A stretch of 64,000 nt of DNA from an uncultured Anaerolineales bacterium (GCA_964629085.1 CAZVPR010000006.1:21122-85121), one strand, 5' to 3'; shown: positions 19,077-29,053, numbered from the stretch's first letter. Program-made: numbers and translations. Notes: generated from the letters alone by a model not told the origin.

Positions 19077-20443
19077 GAATCGCCATCTAAAGGGTGATAC
19101 GATTGAGGAAGAGACACCGTGAAAATGGAACCTTTTCCTTTTTCAGATTTAAGCTCTATCTTGCCACCATACCGAGAGACAATATCGTCAATGATTGCCA
19201 AACCAAGACCTGAACCGGGTATTGTCGATTGGCTTGCTTCCTGGCCTCGATAAAATCTTTCAAAAATGTGGGGAATATCCTCATCGTGAATTCCGTCTCC
19301 GCTATCCTCCACCTGGATGATGACCAAATCATCCTTAATGTCAGTGCTCACCTTTATAAAACCCTCGGATGTGTACCGAATACCGTTTACAACAAGATTA
19401 TTTAAGATTTGCAGCACATGTTTAGAATCTGCTTGCAATGGAGGCATATCTTCCTGCAAACTTTGCGTTAGTTCCAATCCCTTTGATTCTGCCTGGAGAA
19501 TATTGGATTGAACAACTTGCTGAACCAGGGTATTCAAATCAACGGATTGAATGGAAACATCCTTTTCTTCGGAAGATTCTAAACGGGATAAATCAAGGAT
19601 ATCTTCAAGCAAACCATCTAATTGATCAGATACTTCAACAAGCACATCCAGGTATCGTTTATTCTTATCCGGATTGCTGCTTAATTGCAGCATTTCTAGA
19701 TAGATTTTTATATTGCTAACTGGGGTGCGAAGCTCATGGGAAACATCCGATACAAATTTTGATTTCAAAAGATCCAGGGTTTTTAATTCATCGTTGGCTT
19801 CAGCCAACTCTATATTTGCATTTTTCAGTTCTTTTGTGCGCTCAATTACCAGTGAGTCCAGTCTATCGGTTATTTCCTGCTCTTTCCTTAAAGCTAGCGT
19901 GCGGTCCACAATTGCTTTTTCAAGATTGTTGGCGGCAAGCCAGGCAACAAAGGCAAATGCAAAAAATGCGATCATGCCAAACGGGGAAAATTCCCAATCA
20001 ATTTGCACTATCCCCCCAAACCACATGTAAAGGTGGACGACGGTCAAATAGGTGGCCACAATAAAGCTAGCATAGTTTCGAAGAACAAAGCTGGCCACCA
20101 TAATAGGGAAAATAAACATAAACAGAGATCGCCCGACAAGTATTTCCCGTGGTTCGTCAGCAACCAGAAAACTCATGGACAGAACGAACACAAATAAACT
20201 ACCTGCCAGCACCACATGCCCTTTGCGGTTTATCATGTAGAGAATGAGTATGATCAAGTTTATGACAACCAAAACTAAATTAAATGTCGCCGTCTGCTCT
20301 AGCACATTTAGCAGTTCAGTGATTATTATGAGCAATAACGAAAATCCTGTAATAACCCCGGTCCCAATGATGATTCTGTTTAACAACTCAAATCTCAATT
20401 GGTCTAAGCCATATGATGTGTCAAACAGTCTTTCACGATTCAT
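19073..20443 (-). CDS. Intramembrane-sensing histidine kinase
   Basis: About 5-6 closely spaced TM helices with no large extracytoplasmic domain, coiled coil, SHELRTP H-box, NLVVNGIRYT, DSGDG, FERFYR and GSGLGL. Confidence 0.9.
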   Translation of the reverse strand: MNRERLFDTSYGLDQLRFELLNRIIIGTGVITGFSLLLIIITELLNVLEQTATFNLVLVVINLIILILYMINRKGHVVLAGSLFVFVLSMSFLVADEPREILVGRSLFMFIFPIMVASFVLRNYASFIVATYLTVVHLYMWFGGIVQIDWEFSPFGMIAFFAFAFVAWLAANNLEKAIVDRTLALRKEQEITDRLDSLVIERTKELKNANIELAEANDELKTLDLLKSKFVSDVSHELRTPVSNIKIYLEMLQLSSNPDKNKRYLDVLVEVSDQLDGLLEDILDLSRLESSEEKDVSIQSVDLNTLVQQVVQSNILQAESKGLELTQSLQEDMPPLQADSKHVLQILNNLVVNGIRYTSEGFIKVSTDIKDDLVIIQVEDSGDGIHDEDIPHIFERFYRGQEASQSTIPGSGLGLAIIDDIVSRYGGKIELKSEKGKGSIFTVSLPQSYHPLDGDS

Positions 20444-20451
20444 AAATCCTC

Positions 20452-22008
20452 CTATGAATCCAACAATAGCGCGCTAAGGATGGCCGAACGGACAACCAGT
20501 ATCGGTGAATAAAGACATTTTCCAATCCACAAGGGCGAATAGGGAGGATCAATATGATCTTTTAACCAAGTCACGCCTCGCTCAATTACCCCCTTACGGA
20601 TCTGTTTACCACTGCGACGGGCTACCATCAACGCTTGTAAGCAATAAGCCGTTTCTTCCGCTGTGGAGCCATAATATCCCCAGGACCCATCAGATCTTTG
20701 GGTTTGGCACAACCATTCAATCGCTGGCTCAGTCAAAGCGTCAAAGAATCCATTGGCAGCGATAATGGCGTGGCTGGTGGGGTAATACGGTGAAGAATGC
20801 CATTTGTCGAACCAAAAACTCCGCGCAAACCTGGTTCCTTGTAAGAATTCACTAATTTTGACAACCGAGGGATGATCTGAGGGCAAACCAAATTTCCTCA
20901 ATGCCCCCAGAACATGAATGTTGGCGCTAATGGACGGATTGGCTTCTATGGCGAAACACCTGAAATAATCTCTTTCCTCATATGCGAGCAGCGTTTCGAT
21001 ATCCACATCTCTGCCAAAATGCAACAGAACTTCAGCAATAACACTTGTTTCATCGCCATCTTTTGGTATGTAATCCGCAGCAAAGCCAACCCCCTTTCCA
21101 GGAACCCACCCCGATTCGATGAAATCAAGGTGAGGTTGACATAATTTCAGAATATCAGCATCCAGATTATCCAGCAGGGATAAATTCCAAAGTGCCCAGC
21201 CTCGCTCAAATATACCAAACGGGGCAACATCAGGTATACCCCCATTGGTGCCATTCCCATTTGCAACCTGACGTAGATAATTGATTGCTGCAGGATCACC
21301 CCGTTTACCGTAAACCGCGAAGTGAGCAGTCGCAGATGGGCTAAACGCGACTGAGCCATTGGACTCCTGCAAGCAATCGATGTCCAATAAGTCCAGGTGT
21401 TCCACCCCGGCCATCTCGGCAGAAAACGCTAAAGTCACAAAACGATTTATCTTTCCGGTTGGTAATTTCTTGATTTTAGCTTCACGATGAGCCATTAGGC
21501 GGTCTATGGCATCATCGCTCGTTCTGCGGATGGAGCTATCGTCGGGTGTACCATCCTTAAAATTATAGATTGTTGTTTTCGAATTAAGGAAATTATCGTT
21601 TTCTCTGCGAATAACCCCCAATTCTTTTGCCTCTTTCAACAAGGTTGGAGCCAACAACTCGAAACCAATCGTTTCACCAACTGTATCTGAGTTCAATCCC
21701 TTTATGGCCATGTCCAGACCCAGGCGTGACCGGCTTAAGCATTCTCGATCACACTTATCACCAAAGCGTGCCAATGCAGTCATCGCCGACAGCGTACTAA
21801 TCAGACGATCATGGAAATACCGAGGTTGATCAGCGCCCCAGGTTCCATCTGGCAATTGGTGTTCTCGCAACCATTCCATCGCTTGGTGCCCTATGGGCTC
21901 ATCCAATTCGACCAAACGCGCGACCCATGCCGTATCATATGCAGTACTTCTCATGCGGCCCGGTCCGATATTTGTCAGGAGTTCGTGAGTGAGTGCTTTG
22001 TAATCCAT
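20452..22008 (-). CDS. Class II (protonation-initiated) terpene cyclase, bacterial CPS / Rv3377c-like beta-gamma didomain
   Basis: STAYDTAWVARL, QW motifs (HQLPDGTWG, QRSDGSWG), IGFELL, SPSATA, DGDET (DxDD-like), DKWHSSPYYPT, AEETAY and LWIGKCLYSP. Probable start at the ATG at 22008 (track start 22062). Confidence 0.9.
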   Translation of the reverse strand: MDYKALTHELLTNIGPGRMRSTAYDTAWVARLVELDEPIGHQAMEWLREHQLPDGTWGADQPRYFHDRLISTLSAMTALARFGDKCDRECLSRSRLGLDMAIKGLNSDTVGETIGFELLAPTLLKEAKELGVIRRENDNFLNSKTTIYNFKDGTPDDSSIRRTSDDAIDRLMAHREAKIKKLPTGKINRFVTLAFSAEMAGVEHLDLLDIDCLQESNGSVAFSPSATAHFAVYGKRGDPAAINYLRQVANGNGTNGGIPDVAPFGIFERGWALWNLSLLDNLDADILKLCQPHLDFIESGWVPGKGVGFAADYIPKDGDETSVIAEVLLHFGRDVDIETLLAYEERDYFRCFAIEANPSISANIHVLGALRKFGLPSDHPSVVKISEFLQGTRFARSFWFDKWHSSPYYPTSHAIIAANGFFDALTEPAIEWLCQTQRSDGSWGYYGSTAEETAYCLQALMVARRSGKQIRKGVIERGVTWLKDHIDPPYSPLWIGKCLYSPILVVRSAILSALLLDS

Positions 22009-22442
22009 TCGTCTATGCTCGATTATGTTTATCCTTTGATATTGAATTCTATATTTGAACAAGGTCCGGAGTTAATTGGGTAATAGGGCGTCTGAAGGGT
22101 ACTATTCCCTCTCGAAAAAATTGCCACCCGAATAAGGCAACCGGAACCAAGGCATTCCCATGGGAGGCAAATTATCATACATTAATCAATACTTCACAAC
22201 AAAACTTGGACCAGTCGTTTCATTATTCCATTCCCACAGGTCAAACCATGACTGATAGATCTCCCAGTATGATTATTACCAATTAGTACGGTTCGAGAAT
22301 TTTAACATAGAAAGTTTCTAAAAATCAGGTAAAATTACATATCTGTAAGGAACATCAATCATAACCTTTGATTAGAATTTCTGGAGTATTCCAACAATTA
22401 TTCTCTCCAGTATTCGAAATACTCACGAAAAGGCGAAAATAC

Positions 22443-22805
22443 ATGAGCAATTTGAATGCATTAGTTATTGAGGACGACAAAAATCTTGCATTGGCATTTG
22501 CTGAAGCGCTTGAAGAAGCTGGATATGAGGCTGAAGTTATTTATGATGGTCGTACAGCCTTAAAGCGATTGGAAGAAGTAACCCCTTCAATCGTGATTCT
22601 TGATCTTCACATTCCGCATGTCAAAGGGGACAAAGTTTTAGAATACATGCGCTCTGAAAATCATCTCAAAGATGTGCGCGTGATTGTCGCTACAGCAGAC
22701 AGTTCACGAGCAGCTCAGTTGGGCAATAAAGCAGATTTGGTATTACTCAAACCTGTTGGCTACCGTCAATTAAAAGACCTTGCTGCTCGATTAAAACCAA
22801 AATAA
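22443..22805 (+). CDS. Single-domain response regulator (canonical receiver)
   Basis: LVIEDD...IVILDLHIP...VATA...KPVG. ATG at 22443. Divergent from the cyclase operon. Confidence 0.88.
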   Translation: MSNLNALVIEDDKNLALAFAEALEEAGYEAEVIYDGRTALKRLEEVTPSIVILDLHIPHVKGDKVLEYMRSENHLKDVRVIVATADSSRAAQLGNKADLVLLKPVGYRQLKDLAARLKPK

Positions 22806-22827
22806 GAAACATGAATTTATCGTTCTC

Positions 22828-22853
22828 AACGCCATCCAATTGGATGGCGTTTT
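22828..22853 (+). terminator. Perfect 24-bp palindrome, putative terminator
   Basis: aacgccatccaattggatggcgtt followed by tt, 22 nt after the response regulator stop. Confidence 0.55.
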
Positions 22854-22938
22854 GCATTCTATGTAAAGTATATGCTAGAATTTCTTCAGAAGACCGAAAA
22901 CCTTTGAACGGCTTCAAGCCTGGAATTGAGGAATCAAC

Positions 22939-24885
22939 ATGACTAATCACAGCAACCACTTAAAAAGAATTTCATTCCTGCTTTTCTTTTCGGTGTTCAT
23001 GTTTGGTTGCATCTTTCCAGGGAATGACACGACTAATTCTCAACCTGATTTGGCAGAAAAGGTACAGGAATATCCGGTTTCCAACCCCAAGGAAGCAAGG
23101 GACGCTGTTTTAATTTATATTCGGGACAATTATGGATTCTATGTCCCTATGAATTATGAAACCTGGCTAGAAGAAAACATCACCCCAGAGGGGGTCATTG
23201 GTTCATCGGGCCGCCAATATACTTATGGAAATTGGGTGATTTCCATCATATTCCCAGTCACATCAGTCGAAAACACCAATTATACGATTTTGCTGACAAA
23301 CCCTGGCTTACGGTTATTTTGGGAAGGCGAGGTAAACGCTTTGGGCGTTGTCACAGAATCCTCCGCTTCAACGAATTACCTCCCTGAGGGCGCATTCAAT
23401 GATTCTGAGGGCAATACTCCAACGCCATCGATAACACCAACTCCACGAAATGCTCTGGTGAATTTCTCCGACGAATCTTATCGCCTTTCCTTTGAATATC
23501 CAAGTGCATGGTTATTGACGGTTGTACAGCCAGGACATATTACCAGCAACGGAGCTTTTGCCGCCAAAACAGTGAAACTGACCAAAGATGGGATGACGAT
23601 AAAAATTCAGTACAAACTTAGCTGGGAATCTACAGAGCTGGGGGACCGGATTCCAGAAGGAGAAATTCAAGTACATGGCTTAGCCACCCTCCTTGGTCAA
23701 GAAATTCCCCAACATGTCATCGTCCAGGAGGGAAAAGACAAATTATTATTCTTTGGCAATGACGTCGATGATATTTCTTATCACTTCCGCCTAGAAACAC
23801 GGGATGTTGAACTTCTCGAAAGCGCCATGGAAGACATTGTCAAAATTGCCGGTTCGCTGACCAGGACCGGGGATATTTTCCACTCACCTACACCAACCCT
23901 CACGCCAAGTATTACTCCAGTGCCTTCACCTACATCGAAATTCGAGTCGTCCCGTTCAGGTGGTTCTGGATCCGGGGTTTCCGAAGATTGCAACATTGCT
24001 GAATTCATTTCTCATCAAACAGTCCCGGAGGGCGCATTAATCCCGCCTGGTGCGCAATTTATCAAAACCTGGCGAATAAAAAACCTTGGCACTTGCACGT
24101 GGGATCAATCATATATTGTGGCCTTTTCTGACGGGGAATTGATGGGCGCCAGCGAAAGCAATGCCTTCGATGATGAAGAGGTTCTCCCGGGCGGTTTGAC
24201 CAATGTGTCCGTAGAATTTACCGCACCCAATGAAGTTGGCGAGTATGAAAGCTATTGGGTGCTGAACGATCCATCGGGGTATTGGTTTGGTATCGGTCAG
24301 TCAAAAAGGGGGCTCCTTCCAGTAATTATTAATGTAGCCGTTCCAGATATTCTTTATGAATACGATTTTGCATGGAATTATTGTGATGCCGATTGGACTA
24401 GCGGCGGAACTGAAAAAGGCGACGATGGCGAGGATAAGGAATCAACCAACAAGTTAAAATGTCCATCCTCTTCCTCAGCAAGTGGGTCTGTTTTGTTGCA
24501 GAGCAATCCAGTCATGGAACACCGACTGGATGATGAACTCACTCTTGCAGTGCATCCCTATGAAACCCGCTATGGTTGGATCAAGGGTACTTACCCGGAA
24601 TTTACCGTGAAATCTGGCGACCGCTTCAAAACTTGGGTTGGTTGCATGGCGGAAATGAATATGTGCGCCATAGATTTCCGTTTGAGTTATATCGATAGCC
24701 AAGGCACAACTCATTTGATCGATACCTGGTTTGAAGATTTCAACGGACAGGCTACTGAAATTGAAATCGACTTATCTTTCTTGGATGGACAAATAGTGAG
24801 ATTTGTGCTAGAAACCGTTGCTATGACCCATAATACTCACAAAGCCTATGGCTTCTGGTTTGTGCCTCGCATCGAAAGGCCATAA
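22939..24885 (+). CDS. Lipoprotein with NBR1-type Ig-like domain and Pro/Thr linkers
   Basis: Signal peptide with lipobox-like MFGC, TPTP linkers, and FIKTWRIKNLGTCTW...FTAP...GEYESYW (NBR1-like Ig signature). Confidence 0.75.
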   Translation: MTNHSNHLKRISFLLFFSVFMFGCIFPGNDTTNSQPDLAEKVQEYPVSNPKEARDAVLIYIRDNYGFYVPMNYETWLEENITPEGVIGSSGRQYTYGNWVISIIFPVTSVENTNYTILLTNPGLRLFWEGEVNALGVVTESSASTNYLPEGAFNDSEGNTPTPSITPTPRNALVNFSDESYRLSFEYPSAWLLTVVQPGHITSNGAFAAKTVKLTKDGMTIKIQYKLSWESTELGDRIPEGEIQVHGLATLLGQEIPQHVIVQEGKDKLLFFGNDVDDISYHFRLETRDVELLESAMEDIVKIAGSLTRTGDIFHSPTPTLTPSITPVPSPTSKFESSRSGGSGSGVSEDCNIAEFISHQTVPEGALIPPGAQFIKTWRIKNLGTCTWDQSYIVAFSDGELMGASESNAFDDEEVLPGGLTNVSVEFTAPNEVGEYESYWVLNDPSGYWFGIGQSKRGLLPVIINVAVPDILYEYDFAWNYCDADWTSGGTEKGDDGEDKESTNKLKCPSSSSASGSVLLQSNPVMEHRLDDELTLAVHPYETRYGWIKGTYPEFTVKSGDRFKTWVGCMAEMNMCAIDFRLSYIDSQGTTHLIDTWFEDFNGQATEIEIDLSFLDGQIVRFVLETVAMTHNTHKAYGFWFVPRIERP

Positions 24886-24894
24886 AAATACCAT

Positions 24895-24936
24895 AAAACC
24901 AGGTGCCGAATTCACTACAACGGCACCTAGTTTTTT
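24895..24936. terminator. Putative bidirectional terminator
   Basis: aaaacc-aggtgccg...cggcacct-agtttttt between convergent genes. Confidence 0.6.
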
Positions 24937-24965
24937 CAAATATCCTTATTTGGTGCTGAGTTAAA

Positions 24966-25661
24966 TCATTCGAAAACAGCAACGGCCCGCACAGGCGATC
25001 CAGTTCCCCCACGGATTTTTAGGGGCAAGCCAATAAAGCGAAAACGACCCCGACCAATCAGCCGATGTAAGTTGATTAGATTCTCGTAATGCGTGAATTC
25101 CATCTCGCCGCAAATACGGTGGACCTCATTGTTGGACACTTTTCGAACGCCCGGTGACATCATTTCGACGCCGAATGCGGCAATTTTTTGCTTTCCCATC
25201 CAACGTGCAGCTTTTACATCAATCCCAGGGCCATTTTCCCAATCTGGCGTGCCGTACGTGCGACGGTAATGATCGGTAAACAACAAAACAGTGTCCCCAG
25301 GTTTAATTTCCTGATCAGCCAATAACAAGGCGCGCTCCAAATCTTTTGGCGTGATCAATTCTCGCAAACCTTTTGCAGACACATCCAGACAAATCCCTTC
25401 CGTATAGAACGTCGAGAGCGGCATGGTGTCGATAGAGTGATTCTGGTGTTCACGAGCCATGTGGCTAATGGCATCAACATGCGTGCCGGTGTGCTCACCC
25501 ATTTCCAACAGGTTTACCGCTGGTGTTTGGGTTTCACTGTATGAAATCCCTTCCCATTGTTCATGAGAGAGATGCATCGAGATTTTTACATCTGGCAAGC
25601 TGGGAAAAACTGGCATCCCTGTGTAAATCTCCTGACTCAAATCAATAATTTCCATAACCAT
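24966..25661 (-). CDS. Cyclase family (kynurenine formamidase-like) metal-dependent hydrolase
   Basis: IIDLS, EHTGTHVDA (HxGTHxD), ENLINL and PLKIRGGTGSPVRAVA. Start could be 25655, 25661 or 25682. Confidence 0.88.
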   Translation of the reverse strand: MVMEIIDLSQEIYTGMPVFPSLPDVKISMHLSHEQWEGISYSETQTPAVNLLEMGEHTGTHVDAISHMAREHQNHSIDTMPLSTFYTEGICLDVSAKGLRELITPKDLERALLLADQEIKPGDTVLLFTDHYRRTYGTPDWENGPGIDVKAARWMGKQKIAAFGVEMMSPGVRKVSNNEVHRICGEMEFTHYENLINLHRLIGRGRFRFIGLPLKIRGGTGSPVRAVAVFE

Positions 25662-25916
25662 GAATTTTCTCTTTGGAGACAAATTTTACTCAAATATCAG
25701 AATCCCCTTATCCGTCGGACCGAATTTCTGAGGCTTTAAATTCAAATCGATAGATCAATTTCATAAAAAATTGGATAAATTGCTCATCAATACCATCTTT
25801 CCAGAATCCAATCAAGTTTGAATTTGTGATCAGGAATAATCTGTAACACATTTTATGGTCCTTTCACGCTGGAAAATAATCTAATCTTGCAGAAAGTATC
25901 TCGCGGAAAGTTTTTC

Positions 25917-26846
25917 CTAATCAGAATGGTCAATTAATATCACGACATTCCCTTTTTTACGGAGAGTCTCCACATAACGGTGCGCTTCAACAATTTGCCC
26001 CATAGGATATTGTCGATCTATCACGGGAATAATTTTCCCGGAGTCAGCCAAATCTGCCAGATACACCAGGTCTTCGGAGCTATCTGAGCGATTCATTCCG
26101 ATACTGAGATAGGTTCCACCAGGATTTAGCAGCTTACTAAATTTAGATTTTGATATTCCGGAAATCAGTTTCCCAACAGCGTCGAAAACCACATCGTATC
26201 GCTCATCTTGCTCGATGAAATTTTCCTGCGTGTAATCGATAACCTGATCAGCGCCCAGCGATTTTACCAAGTCGATGTTTGTCGTGCTGCAGACTCCCGT
26301 GACGTGTGCACCAAAGTATTTCGCAATTTGTACGGCATATGTTCCCCCGCTGCTGGATGCACCGTTAATGAGCACCTGCTGCCCAGGTTGAATATCTGCT
26401 ATGCGGAGGATGTTCAGGGCAGCCAGACCACCAAAAGGAATGGCGGCAGCCTGCTCAAAGGACAAGCTGGCTGGCTTGATAGCTATCAAGCCTTTTTTAG
26501 TATCCCCTTCTTCAGGAAGGCATACATATTGGGCATAAGCACCAAATCCCAAACCGGCATGGCAAAATACATGTTCTCCAACCTTGAAGCGGGTAACCGC
26601 TTGGCCAACGGCCTCGATTTCACCAGCCAACTCAAACCCGAGAATATTAATTCTCCTTGGCCGAAATAGACCATTGTAGAGTCTGGCTGCAGCCGGATCT
26701 GGTTTGCGCATGCGCCAATCGGCAGCAGTCACAGTGGTGGCATGAATTTTCACCAGGACTTCGTTATTCTTTGGGGATGGTTTATCAATTTCCGTTATTT
26801 GGAGCACCTCAGGGGGTCCATATTTTTCGTAGACGATGGCTTTCAA
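25917..26846 (-). CDS. NAD(P)-dependent MDR family alcohol dehydrogenase/oxidoreductase
   Basis: [36 protein letters not shown] and LGADQVIDY. Confidence 0.88.
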   Translation of the reverse strand: MKAIVYEKYGPPEVLQITEIDKPSPKNNEVLVKIHATTVTAADWRMRKPDPAAARLYNGLFRPRRINILGFELAGEIEAVGQAVTRFKVGEHVFCHAGLGFGAYAQYVCLPEEGDTKKGLIAIKPASLSFEQAAAIPFGGLAALNILRIADIQPGQQVLINGASSSGGTYAVQIAKYFGAHVTGVCSTTNIDLVKSLGADQVIDYTQENFIEQDERYDVVFDAVGKLISGISKSKFSKLLNPGGTYLSIGMNRSDSSEDLVYLADLADSGKIIPVIDRQYPMGQIVEAHRYVETLRKKGNVVILIDHSD

Positions 26847-26889
26847 GAGATTATCCTTTCAGCTGGGGCTAACCACTATTGGTTTGCTC

Positions 26890-27504
26890 CTATTCCTTTT
26901 CGGCGATGATCAAATAAGTGGGCGGCGATGGGTTGAGGTTCGTTGAATCGAGAATCTGAAAACCTGAGTTTGCAATTGATTCTATCAGTTCATTAGAGCC
27001 GAAACGATTGATTTTGGGTATTACACCAATTTTGCCAAACAAAGCTAGCGGCAAACTAATTAATTTACCCATCTCACCCATGCAGACTGTATCTGAAATG
27101 AAAATCCCGCCAGGCTTCAACAGTTCGTCTATGCGTTGAAAAATTAACGGATGGTCTTCTACTAAATGCAAAATGTTGCAAGCGAAAAGCACATCAAATG
27201 ATTCCTTTGCATATTGCCCATCGAAAAGGGTTGCTTTTTCAAAATGAACATTTTCAATGTTGCGTTCAGACGCTTTTGATTTTGCAATCTCGATCATTTT
27301 GGATGAGATATCCATTGCGTGTATCTGATTGACCCTTTCGGCCAGGGTGCAGGCCAATGAACCCGTCCCACAGGCGAATTCGAAAACATTATCATTGACA
27401 TCGAGGTAACTGGATATTGTTTCCAGGTATGAGGGATCATATTGGTCGTCACCCTTATCGAAATTCTTTGCCATGCGGTCCCAAAATTTTTCTGATTTGT
27501 TCAT
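26890..27504 (-). CDS. Class I SAM-dependent methyltransferase
   Basis: FEFACGTG, DISSKMI and LLKPGGIF motifs. Confidence 0.88.
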   Translation of the reverse strand: MNKSEKFWDRMAKNFDKGDDQYDPSYLETISSYLDVNDNVFEFACGTGSLACTLAERVNQIHAMDISSKMIEIAKSKASERNIENVHFEKATLFDGQYAKESFDVLFACNILHLVEDHPLIFQRIDELLKPGGIFISDTVCMGEMGKLISLPLALFGKIGVIPKINRFGSNELIESIANSGFQILDSTNLNPSPPTYLIIAEKE

Positions 27505-27530
27505 ATTTTGATTTCCTTCCAGGGATTTCC

Positions 27531-28199
27531 CTACGAGGAGGTGAATTTATTTCCGAGCAGCACAATCCCCAGCCAAACGAACCATACAATTTGGCTCAAC
27601 CCAAAGAGACCGGCCAGATCGTGCAAACCGGGAACCGTCGAGATGATGCCAACAAATCCCACCAATAGTCCCAGGTAGTTCAAACCATTGGGGAGACTGC
27701 TGCCGCGAAGGGCAGCCCAACTAACCAAAAGGGTCAACAATCCACCCAAAATTTCCCCTTTACCGCCGCCGAGTCCATCCGCAACGGTTTCAATGCCCAT
27801 CCAAAACGAAGCCGCTTGAGCCGGATCAATTTCATAGAGAGCTATAGTCGGGGCAATGCCGGCATTAGCGATCATTCCACTGGCAATCAGCGAACCGGCC
27901 CATATAATGCCGATGGCCGTGGCTACCTGCATAATTGCCGGAGCGTCACCCTTCAACCGATCATAAAGGGCTAAAGTCAGCGTGATTAATGCAAAGCCAA
28001 AGATCACATACATCGTCAGGTTGGTCAAGGTCATGACACTGTGCTTTTCCACGATGAGTGCTACCTTTTGGGACGGATCATTGATATTGAGGTAATCCAA
28101 TACGACGATGAACAGAACAATCCCCACCAGGTAGGCTGTTGCCTGATACAATGCGGCGAAGCCGCCAATTTTTTGTAAGTTTTTCATTGACATTTCCAT
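27531..28199 (-). CDS. Membrane protein, DUF4386-like
   Basis: About six TM helices, LNYLGLLVG and C-terminal IVWFVWLGIVL, typical of DUF4386-type proteins found beside MDR genes. Confidence 0.55.
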   Translation of the reverse strand: MEMSMKNLQKIGGFAALYQATAYLVGIVLFIVVLDYLNINDPSQKVALIVEKHSVMTLTNLTMYVIFGFALITLTLALYDRLKGDAPAIMQVATAIGIIWAGSLIASGMIANAGIAPTIALYEIDPAQAASFWMGIETVADGLGGGKGEILGGLLTLLVSWAALRGSSLPNGLNYLGLLVGFVGIISTVPGLHDLAGLFGLSQIVWFVWLGIVLLGNKFTSS

Positions 28200-28207
28200 T
28201 TCTTGAA

Positions 28208-28438
28208 TTATTTATCAGAACCCTCTTCGGGTCCATAAGAAAATACTTCTTCCAGAGGCACGCCAAACTCCAGGGCAATTCGGAAAGCCAATTCCAGAGA
28301 GGGTGAATATTTCCCTTTTTCCATGGCAATAATGGTTTGGCGAGTCACGCCCACTTTTTCAGCAAGTTGCTGCTGGGTCATTTCGTCTTTGAAAAATCGC
28401 AATTTACGAATGTTATTGCTTATGTGACGCTTGCTCAT
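28208..28438 (-). CDS. XRE/Cro-like helix-turn-helix transcriptional regulator
   Basis: MTQQQLAEKVGVTRQTIIAMEKGKYSPSLELAFRIA. The ATG at 28438 abuts the upstream stop. Confidence 0.92.
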   Translation of the reverse strand: MSKRHISNNIRKLRFFKDEMTQQQLAEKVGVTRQTIIAMEKGKYSPSLELAFRIALEFGVPLEEVFSYGPEEGSDK

Positions 28439-28439
28439 T

Positions 28440-28895
28440 TCAGACCCCCCTTTGATAGTACACCAATCTGACAACGTCTGCGGCCATCTCAGCAATTATT
28501 CCCGAGAAGATGATCACAGTGAACATGACCAAAGCGGGTTGCCCAAAGACGAAGGTTACCATCGCAGCAAATACACCCAGCGAGGAGACAACATGGGCAA
28601 CTCGAGTCCCTTTCAAGTTGATAAGATCATCTCGCTCGTCTTCGAAATCATCAATTTGAGGATCTCCCTGTTGGGTCTTGATGGCCTCGATGATGGAGGT
28701 GACGATATGGGTCAGGATTGTGCCCAAGATATTGACCAGGATTGTTACCACAATAATCACACCCCAGAGGCGAAATACCTCACCCGATACCAGGGGGCCA
28801 TTTTGAAGCATGCGGATAATTCTTAGCAGAAAGTATCCAAATATTAAAGCTCCGCTGACTAATGATACAGTAATGTTTTTCTCTTGATAGGACAT
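28440..28895 (-). CDS. Four-TM membrane protein (DUF2178-like partner of the XRE regulator)
   Basis: Four hydrophobic segments with a central DERD motif. GAGG RBS before the ATG at 28895. Confidence 0.6.
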   Translation of the reverse strand: MSYQEKNITVSLVSGALIFGYFLLRIIRMLQNGPLVSGEVFRLWGVIIVVTILVNILGTILTHIVTSIIEAIKTQQGDPQIDDFEDERDDLINLKGTRVAHVVSSLGVFAAMVTFVFGQPALVMFTVIIFSGIIAEMAADVVRLVYYQRGV

Positions 28896-28948
28896 GGTGC
28901 CTCGTTTCTGTGAATTTAGGTTTACTTTTAGTATACTCAACAACACAT

Positions 28949-28977
28949 ATTGTATTATATTATTTACATTATGTCAA
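28949..28977 (-). promoter_or_regulatory. Sigma70-type promoter with overlapping TGTA-N10-TACA operator-like palindrome
   Basis: Minus strand reads TTGACA-taatgtaaataatataa (17 nt)-TACAAT upstream of the membrane protein/XRE operon. Confidence 0.6.
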
Positions 28978-29053
28978 GTCAACTTTGCTTGTCGAAATAT
29001 AAAAAAGAAACGAAATTCATCGGTGTACAAGGCTAATTCCAGATGATTTGTCG

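Noticed and set aside
24966-25661. 'Cyclase family' gene as part of the terpene pathway
   Set aside because: The HxGTHxD family is a kynurenine formamidase-like hydrolase unrelated to terpene cyclases.
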